Source of the DNA: a virus
Lineage: Duplodnaviria > Heunggongvirae > Uroviricota > Caudoviricetes
Reading direction: 5' to 3' (one strand)
Virus record (IMG/VR): IMGVR_UViG_2537561727_000003
Location: 1-4,788 of that record
Length of the DNA: 4,788 bases
A program made the translations under genes and the position numbers. How positions within the stretch are numbered: the stretch's first letter is position 1; each line of letters begins with the position of its first letter. Below, one piece after another: positions 1 to 4,788 of this stretch. The notes beneath the pieces are model-generated. The model had not been told where the DNA came from and made no database searches. It saw only the letters and a list, made by a program, of their open reading frames with translations.

Positions 1-25
1 GCATCCCCCTGAATAAAAACCGGAG

Positions 26-439
26 ATGATGCCAGTTGCCCGTTATCTCTGCATTTTCATAAACGTTGGTTTGGGAGAAGCGGCAAAACGGGATGTGGGG
101 ACAGGGGAAAATCAGATACCGGACATGGCCTCTTTTGCCAGTGGTGATGGATGGATGAAATTACCCAACGGGAAAATCCTGCAATATGGTCGTGGTGCGG
201 TTACGCCGACATTATCGACGCAAACAATGAGAATTACATTCAGCATCCCTTTTCCTAAAAAAGTGGACTGCGCCATGCTTACTCATTCTGGTGATGGTGG
301 TGCGCCTTTAGGTGCTGGGCGAGGGTTCATGATGACTGCAGAAGGCCCAACATTAACCGGTTTTAATTCCGCTTACAGAACTGCATCAACCAGTTCCACA
401 GTATCGATGAATTACAGTTGGTGGGCTGTTGGTGAGTAA
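26..439 (+). CDS. Silent alternative tail-fibre C-terminal cassette (variable receptor-binding domain), expressed only after inversion
   Basis: Open frame from the ORF track (137 aa). The crossover site at 54-79 lies inside its 5' end, and codons 71-79 (GGA GAA = GE, preceded by GLG) are identical in frame to the GLGE codons of the minus-strand tail-fibre gene at the other site. Only 68-439 (about 119 aa, AAKRDVGTGENQ...WWAVGE) would be joined to the constant N-terminus after inversion. The ATG at 26 has a GGAG only 1 nt upstream (poor spacing), so independent expression is doubtful. A cognate chaperone gene follows 20 nt downstream. Confidence 0.65.
   Translation: MMPVARYLCIFINVGLGEAAKRDVGTGENQIPDMASFASGDGWMKLPNGKILQYGRGAVTPTLSTQTMRITFSIPFPKKVDCAMLTHSGDGGAPLGAGRGFMMTAEGPTLTGFNSAYRTASTSSTVSMNYSWWAVGE
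54..79. repeat. Left crossover site for a Hin/Gin/Cin/Pin-family serine invertase (26 bp, imperfect dyad)
   Basis: TTTTCATAAACG TT GGTTTGGGAGAA. The inner half (68-79) is the exact reverse complement of the inner half of the right site (1960-1971), and the 15-bp core 66-80 is a perfect reverse complement of 1959-1973. The central TT is compatible with the AA of the right site in inverted orientation. Confidence 0.8.
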
Positions 440-459
440 TTTTATTCAGGGTGATTTAT

Positions 460-903
460 ATGAACGAATATGTTTATAGCGCAAGGCATAATGCTTTTTT
501 CCCTGTGGATATGATTGATAAATATAAATCAGAGGGATGGGATTTATCAGATGCAAAGGAGGTGAATCAAAATATTATCAGTGAGTTTATGGCTGAACCG
601 CCACAAGGAAAAATCAGTATTGCCGGAGATGATGGGATGCCTGCGTGGGCAGATATTCCTCCACCCACGCATGAAGAGCTTATTGAAATTACTGAATCAG
701 AAAGACAGCTACTAATTAACCAGGCCAACGAATACATGAACAGTAAGCAATGGCCCGGTAAAGCCGCTATTGGTCGTCTGAAAGATGACGAACTGGCGCA
801 ATATAATTTGTGGCTGGATTATCTGGACGCACTGGTGCTGGTCGATACTTCCGGTGCGCCAGATATTGAATGGCCTACGCCTCCGGCAGTTCAGGCCAGA
901 TGA
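460..903 (+). CDS. Tail-fibre assembly chaperone (Tfa family), partner of the silent cassette
   Basis: C-terminus ...LWLDYLDALVLVDTSGAPDIEWPTPPAVQAR is the conserved Tfa C-terminal signature seen in lambda/Mu/P2-type tail-fibre assembly proteins. ATG at 460 is preceded by AGGGTGA (446-452); the ORF track starts at GTG 451, which has a weaker RBS context. It sits directly downstream of the tail-fibre cassette, as for Mu U' / P2 G. Confidence 0.85.
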   Translation: MNEYVYSARHNAFFPVDMIDKYKSEGWDLSDAKEVNQNIISEFMAEPPQGKISIAGDDGMPAWADIPPPTHEELIEITESERQLLINQANEYMNSKQWPGKAAIGRLKDDELAQYNLWLDYLDALVLVDTSGAPDIEWPTPPAVQAR

Positions 904-1480
904 CATCCGGCGCGGTGCTGGTATCTGTTGCCGTCACCGCGTCAATGTAATCCAGCACAGCGTTAAGTCTGGTTGTTTCTGCCTGCGTCAACTTCCGTCC
1001 GGCCTGTAATTTCAGCTGAATCAGACTAATGGAAGCCATTGCTGCATCAATCAGTGACTGGCGCTGTGCTTCTGCCGCGTCTACTGCGGCACTATGCTGT
1101 GCCTCAGTATCCGTCACCCATTTCTCACCATCCCATTTATCATATGGCGTTAACGGGGCGATAGTGGTTGTATTTTCAGGGTAATCACCCGGAGCTGTGA
1201 TTTCTTTCGATTCTCCTGTTTCGGTGCTATAGATGATTTCACCGCGATGGTCTGGCACATATTCCCATGAGTTAAAATCTGCAGAACGGCAGATTGCATA
1301 ACCAGCTTTATGTGTAACTGGTGCATCTAAACAAGAACATGCCGGGATACCGACGCCGACAGCGAGATATTCAGTTGATGTAGAAATATATTCACGCGTT
1401 TCACCATCATAATTATAAATGATAATGTCTCCCGCTTTTATGGCAATGAGTTCACTATTTAATACAGCTTTATTCATCAT
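875..1480 (-). CDS. Tail-fibre assembly chaperone (Tfa family), partner of the currently expressed tail-fibre variant
   Basis: 201 aa. C-terminus ...LNAVLDYIDAVTATDTSTAPDVIWPELPEA matches the Tfa C-terminal signature and the plus-strand Tfa. Its start ATG (1480-1478) overlaps the TGA stop (1479-1477) of the upstream tail-fibre gene (ATGA coupling). The AT-rich 5' half and GC-richer 3' half suggest a mosaic gene. Confidence 0.9.
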   Translation of the reverse strand: MMNKAVLNSELIAIKAGDIIIYNYDGETREYISTSTEYLAVGVGIPACSCLDAPVTHKAGYAICRSADFNSWEYVPDHRGEIIYSTETGESKEITAPGDYPENTTTIAPLTPYDKWDGEKWVTDTEAQHSAAVDAAEAQRQSLIDAAMASISLIQLKLQAGRKLTQAETTRLNAVLDYIDAVTATDTSTAPDVIWPELPEA

Positions 1481-2799
1481 GCAGCCCTCACAATATAATT
1501 AAAGGCGATGTTACGTGGACGATTTTCATTTGCTGTTGGAACAACATTTGCCGCCGAGAAGTGAACATCTTGTCGGATTTTTCGGTCATTAGCGTATGTC
1601 ATAGACACATTGATGTTATTCCGGACTGAGGTACCTCCGTAAAAAGCCCCACTCACACTTTGAACATCGACAATTGCATTAATTTCGCTGTTTACGCGCA
1701 ACTGACCAAAACCGCCAGTAATGTTTCGAATAGCATCTCCTTGCGATGAAAGCAGAGTTCGCCCACTATCCACACCACGTTCATCATCCCAGCCACGAAT
1801 AAACTCACCACGTAAATCAGGCAATTTATTGGTCGGGTAAGCCTTTGCCAGTTCCGGGTATTCTTCAGCAGAAAAAGCCGCACCATTGCATTTCAGCCAG
1901 CCTGTTGGCGGAGTGGCTGAAGGCCACGGAACAGGCACACCAACCGGTAATGCAGAGCCTTCTCCCAAACCAAGGTATGCGAGAAGACCAGCTACATCCT
2001 TTCCACTCAAATGAGTCAGCGTCTCATCCAGTGGCTGCTTACCTGACAGCGCATTGTTAATGGTGGTGCTGAATTTCGGGTCATTGTTAATGGCTGCGGC
2101 AATTTCTTTCAGTGTGTCCAGCGTGGCTGGCGCACCGTTAATCAGAGCGGTAATAGCGGCCTGAACAAACGCAGTGGTCGCAATCCGCGTGGTGTTATTT
2201 CCTGCGGCAGGCGTCGGCGCTTTTGGTTCTCCGGTAAATGTCGGATTATGTTTCTGCGCATACTGTGTATGAGGATCCTGTGCGGCAATGTGGTTTCTCA
2301 TCTGGTCATCCACATACAGCCTTAATTCCAGGACTTCATCATCCACGTATTTACGGGTCGCCAGTACCACCGACGGGTCGATTTTCAGCGTGATAGCTTC
2401 GGTATTCGTGACAACCAGAATCATGCGGATAGTCTGGGTACGACCACTGCCTTCCTGCAACTGCGGTTTGTACGTTTCCGGGCAGTTCGCCACCGCAATG
2501 AGTACGCCTTCATCATCATAAAGCCCAATCTCACGGATCCAGAATCCGCCCTCGTTCTCAGGGATGATTTGCTCCGCAATAATCTGGCTCTGGTTGTTCG
2601 GGTCAACACTCAGAAGATTCAGCGGCGCGATGCGTTTCTGGTTAATCAGTTTTGTCTGTGCCGGGTCTGGTGTCGGCAAGACACCATTCGCATCACCAAC
2701 GGCCATTTGCGTCAGATTCAGCTTACTGCCGAGCATCGTCGCGTTAGCCAGCCGTGCTGCGCCCTGATTAGTCAGAATGGCGTAGTATTTCACTGTCAT
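1477..2799 (-). CDS. Tail-fibre protein (P2 gpH / Mu S-like constant N-terminus fused to a variable C-terminal domain)
   Basis: 440 aa. N-terminus MTVKYYAILTNQGAARLANA...MAVGDANG resembles the N-terminus of P2 gpH-type tail fibres (from memory). The C-terminal part contains a tail-collar-like stretch (PVGVPVPWP...GWLKCNGAAFSAEEYPELAKAY). Start ATG 2799-2797 overlaps the stop of the upstream gpI-like gene. The crossover site at 1960-1985 lies in codons 273-281 (LLAYLGLGE), separating constant residues 1-280 from variable residues 281-440. Confidence 0.9.
   Translation of the reverse strand: MTVKYYAILTNQGAARLANATMLGSKLNLTQMAVGDANGVLPTPDPAQTKLINQKRIAPLNLLSVDPNNQSQIIAEQIIPENEGGFWIREIGLYDDEGVLIAVANCPETYKPQLQEGSGRTQTIRMILVVTNTEAITLKIDPSVVLATRKYVDDEVLELRLYVDDQMRNHIAAQDPHTQYAQKHNPTFTGEPKAPTPAAGNNTTRIATTAFVQAAITALINGAPATLDTLKEIAAAINNDPKFSTTINNALSGKQPLDETLTHLSGKDVAGLLAYLGLGEGSALPVGVPVPWPSATPPTGWLKCNGAAFSAEEYPELAKAYPTNKLPDLRGEFIRGWDDERGVDSGRTLLSSQGDAIRNITGGFGQLRVNSEINAIVDVQSVSGAFYGGTSVRNNINVSMTYANDRKIRQDVHFSAANVVPTANENRPRNIAFNYIVRAA
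1960..1985. repeat. Right crossover site for a Hin/Gin/Cin/Pin-family serine invertase (26 bp, imperfect dyad)
   Basis: TTCTCCCAAACC AA GGTATGCGAGAA. The half-sites are TTCTCCCAAACC and, in reverse complement, TTCTCGCATACC. This closely resembles the hixL sequence as I recall it (TTCTTGAAAACC AA GGTTTTTGATAA), about 20 of 26 positions. It lies inside the tail-fibre gene at the constant/variable boundary. Confidence 0.8.
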
Positions 2800-3407
2800 G
2801 CGTTTACTCTCAGGTTATCAATTAAATGAATGGCCGAGGCCGGGAAATAATCCCCTCCGACAATAATGGCCTCCGGGGTGTAGGGATAAACCGTCAGGGC
2901 GTCGCCGTGATAGCATCCCGCAACGGCAAAAATGTTGCCGGTTGTACTTAAACTGATAGCCAGTCCCGTCAGATGGCGGCTTGCCGGTTTTGCATCAGCA
3001 ACGAGGCGCTCCAGCTCCTGATACATTTCCTCGGTAATACCCTGCTCAAGCACGCCAACAACGATACGGAACGTCCCCGGCTCCTCGTTGAGTTGCCACC
3101 ACTCCCTCACCTCAATCAGATAGCCGAGCGGCTCCACCACACGGCGAATCGCACCAATAGTGCCCTTATGGCAGTGAATGAAATACGCATCGCGGATAAC
3201 AGCGCGTTTGGTCGCTTCCGGCCATTTATCATCCCACCTGTCGACCGAAAATGACCACGCCAGCCACGGCAGCAGATTTGCCGGACAGGTATCCGGGTTC
3301 CACAGCTCACGAATACTGACCGGCGTTTTTTCAATTTCCGCACAGGCTTTTGCGGCGGCGACTTCAAGCGGTGATGAGCCGGTCGGCAGCAGTCGCGAAT
3401 CACTCAT
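2796..3407 (-). CDS. Phage tail/baseplate protein, P2 gpI-like
   Basis: 203-aa ORF immediately upstream of the tail-fibre gene and downstream of the J-like gene, matching the P2 order J-I-H-G. A strong SD (GGAGG, reverse complement of about 3412-3416) precedes the ATG at 3407. The family assignment rests on position and recollection, not on a search. Confidence 0.8.
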   Translation of the reverse strand: MSDSRLLPTGSSPLEVAAAKACAEIEKTPVSIRELWNPDTCPANLLPWLAWSFSVDRWDDKWPEATKRAVIRDAYFIHCHKGTIGAIRRVVEPLGYLIEVREWWQLNEEPGTFRIVVGVLEQGITEEMYQELERLVADAKPASRHLTGLAISLSTTGNIFAVAGCYHGDALTVYPYTPEAIIVGGDYFPASAIHLIDNLRVNA

Positions 3408-4233
3408 CCGAGCCTCCGGTCACGACGCGGTATTCAGTACAGAAAGACGCCTGCGTATTGTTGAGCACGATGTCAGCCAGAGGTGCAGTCAGTTCGACAC
3501 GCTGCACGCCTTCCACATGCAAAGCGGCATAAATGGCAGACAGACGGATGTCGCGCCCCAGCCGGTGCTGTGCCGTGATATACGCTTCCAGTTTTTTCAC
3601 GGCGGCAGCGCGAATGGGTTCGCTTTCAGGACCAGGGTAAAGGTAAAGCGTGGCGTTTATCTGGTATTCAACGATGGCAGCAGACTGCACGGTCACACGA
3701 TCGGCCACCGGTCTGACGTCCTCGCCATTAAGGGCGTTACGCACCACGGCCAGCAGGTCTTCGGATGCGACACCGTTATTTTCACGTGACAGCACAGAGA
3801 TGGTGACGCAGGCCGGAGACGGACTGGTGACAGAGATATCCGCGACACGCCCGTCGGCACTGCGACCATGATACTGATAGGCTCCCACCGACCCGGCGAC
3901 GCTTAAGCCCTCAAACGCCTGCTGAATACGCAGACGATAATCGGTGTCAGACTCCATCACTGCCGGTGTCGGCGGGATAGTCGAATCATCTGCCGGGGTG
4001 ATAATCAGGCGCGTGGTGTTGTAATTGGCACCAATCACATCAAGGTCATTACCGGCGGCACAGGCCAGCATTACCGCCCGTGCGGCCTCATTCACACGCT
4101 GACGCCAGATAAGCTCACGATAAGCATTTTCCTCCAGCAGTTTGACGAGAGGCTCGGATTCCAGCGTCAGGGTACGGGCAACCGCCTCCTGCTGGTCTTC
4201 CGGGTATCCGCCGTGGCTGTCTGGAATATGACG
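3400..4233 (-). pseudogene. Baseplate assembly protein J-like, 5'-truncated (no start codon at the upstream end of the open frame)
   Basis: The minus-strand frame is open from a stop at 4236-4234 down to the TGA at 3402-3400 (277 codons). I translated 4233 to 4096 by hand and found no ATG, GTG or TTG; the first possible start is GTG at 4095, which is where the ORF track begins (231 aa). Baseplate J proteins of P2-like phages are about 300 aa, so the N-terminus appears to be lost at a deletion junction. A protein starting at GTG 4095 cannot be excluded. Confidence 0.6.
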
Positions 4234-4262
4234 TCAGCGCCACCGACATCACCAGCTCGTTT

Positions 4263-4439
4263 ATGGCTATCCGCAAGACCATGACCAGCAGCGGACGCAG
4301 CGCCACCTATGAGGCCAGCCGCAGCGAGGAAGCCAGCCACGCAGACCTCGCCTGGGCGACCATGCACGCCCTGTTAAATGAGCCACTCACCGCCGGTATC
4401 AGCACCCCGCTGACATCCACCATTCTGGAGTTTTACTGA
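4263..4439 (+). CDS. Short ORF or 3' remnant of an upstream packaging gene (by P2 synteny possibly the terminase large-subunit C-terminus), stop/start-overlapped with portal
   Basis: The plus frame is open from 4146 to the TGA at 4437-4439. The first ATG is at 4263 (MAIRKTMTSSGRSATYEASRSEEASHADLAWATMHALLNEPLTAGISTPLTSTILEFY, 58 aa), below the ORF track's apparent length cut-off. Its TGA shares the A at 4439 with the portal ATG (TGATG). There is no usable start at the 5' end of the open frame, so it may be a truncated remnant. Confidence 0.35.
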   Translation: MAIRKTMTSSGRSATYEASRSEEASHADLAWATMHALLNEPLTAGISTPLTSTILEFY

Positions 4440-4788
4440 TGAGCAAGAAAAAAGGGAAAACACCGCAACCTGCGGCAAAAAAAATGACTGCCAGCGCCCC
4501 GAAAATGGAGGCATTCACCTTTGGCGAGCCGGTGCCGGTACTCGACCGCCGTGACATTCTGGATTACGTCGAGTGCATCAGTAACGGCAGATGGTATGAG
4601 CCACCGGTCAGCTTTACCGGCCTGGCAAAAAGTCTGCGTGCTGCCGTGCATCACAGCTCGCCGATTTACGTCAAACGCAATATTCTGGCCTCGACATTTA
4701 TCCCGCATCCGTGGCTTTCCCAGCAGGATTTCAGCCGCTTTGTGCTGGATTTTCTGGTGTTCGGTAATGCGTTTCTGGAAAAGCGTTA
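4439..4788 (+). CDS. Phage portal protein (P2 gpQ-like), 5' part; continues beyond the window
   Basis: ATG at 4439 with GGAG about 10 nt upstream. Translation MSKKKGKTPQPAAKKMTASAPKMEAFTFGEPVPVLDRRDILDYVECISNGRWYEPPVSFTGLAKSLRAAVHHSSPIYVKRNILASTFIPHPWLSQQDFSRFVLDFLVFGNAFLEKR stays open to the window end and matches my recollection of P2-family portal N-termini. The ORF track does not list it because it has no stop inside the window. Confidence 0.8.
   Translation, partial: MSKKKGKTPQPAAKKMTASAPKMEAFTFGEPVPVLDRRDILDYVECISNGRWYEPPVSFTGLAKSLRAAVHHSSPIYVKRNILASTFIPHPWLSQQDFSRFVLDFLVFGNAFLEKR

Larger units (their letters stand above)
67..1972. other. Invertible DNA segment (about 1.9 kb) carrying two alternative tail-fibre C-terminal exons and two convergent Tfa genes
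   Basis: Bounded by the two inverted crossover sites. Content and geometry (silent cassette + Tfa on one strand, Tfa + expressed variable domain on the other, convergent) match the Mu G, P1 C and e14 P segments. The reading frame is preserved across the site in both orientations. Confidence 0.8.

Noticed and set aside
26-67. The 18 codons (MMPVARYLCIFINVGLGE) at the 5' end of the silent cassette ORF as a real N-terminus
   Set aside because: This stretch lies outside the invertible segment and would never be joined to the constant N-terminus. The ATG at 26 has a GGAG only 1 nt upstream. The ORF more likely extends upstream by chance, though a 137-aa product cannot be fully excluded.
451-459. 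GTG at 451 as the start of the plus-strand Tfa
   Set aside because: The ATG at 460 has a better-spaced purine-rich RBS (AGGGTGA, 446-452). GTG 451 is kept as an alternative only.
712-1009. ORFs 712-906 (-) and 785-1009 (+) nested in the Tfa genes
   Set aside because: These are alternative or antisense frames of the two Tfa genes, with Cys/Arg/Trp-rich translations typical of out-of-frame reading.
1692-2829. Six short ORFs on both strands inside the tail-fibre gene (1692-1886, 1845-2060, 2288-2521, 2421-2609, 2564-2767, 2569-2829)
   Set aside because: All are embedded in the 440-aa tail-fibre gene, whose identity is strongly supported, and none has a plausible independent start context.
2973-3532. 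ORFs 2973-3254 (+), 3116-3403 (-) and 3350-3532 (+) inside the gpI-like and J-like genes
   Set aside because: These are overlapping or antisense frames of operon genes with no supporting signals.
3178-3789. 203-aa plus-strand ORF antisense to the gpI-like and J-like genes
   Set aside because: It lies entirely inside well-supported minus-strand genes, in a GC-rich region where antisense frames are often open by chance. It has no convincing RBS, and its product is low-complexity and Ser/Arg/Ala-rich.
4115-4708. Minus-strand ORFs 4115-4306, 4167-4367 and 4433-4708 around the junction and antisense to portal
   Set aside because: They are out of frame with the J reading frame or antisense to the portal gene. 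They are Arg/Gly/Ala-rich and look like chance open frames in GC-rich DNA.
1-4788. CRISPR array, tRNA or rRNA, diversity-generating retroelement, or toxin-antitoxin pair
   Set aside because: There are no regularly spaced direct repeats, no cloverleaf-like candidates in the short non-coding stretches, and no reverse transcriptase or template/variable repeat pair near the fibre C-terminus. All sizeable ORFs are accounted for by phage structural genes. The variability mechanism here is inversion, not a retroelement.

Overview
This window is almost entirely coding and reads as the tail-fibre end of a P2-like, probably decayed (cryptic, e14-like) prophage in an enterobacterial genome. All protein identities below come from reading the translations and gene order; I could not run any homology search.

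On the minus strand (high to low coordinates) there is a translationally coupled operon: a 5'-truncated baseplate J-like gene, a gpI-like tail gene, a 440-aa tail-fibre gene and a tail-fibre assembly chaperone (Tfa). On the plus strand at the left end sit a second, convergent Tfa gene and a promoterless alternative tail-fibre C-terminal cassette.

The main finding is a pair of inverted 26-bp crossover sites of the Hin/Gin/Cin/Pin type at 54-79 and 1960-1985. They delimit a ~1.9 kb invertible segment that would swap the tail-fibre C-terminal domain and its chaperone in frame, i.e. a host-range switch of the Mu G / P1 C / e14 P class. The invertase itself is not in the window and is expected just beyond the left edge.

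At the right end, the truncated J gene abuts a divergent short remnant ORF that is stop/start-overlapped with a portal gene running out of the window. This looks like an internal deletion that removed the head, lysis and proximal tail genes.

I see no CRISPR array, tRNA or rRNA. This is a known class of system rather than a clearly undescribed one; the interest lies in the intact switch inside a decayed prophage.
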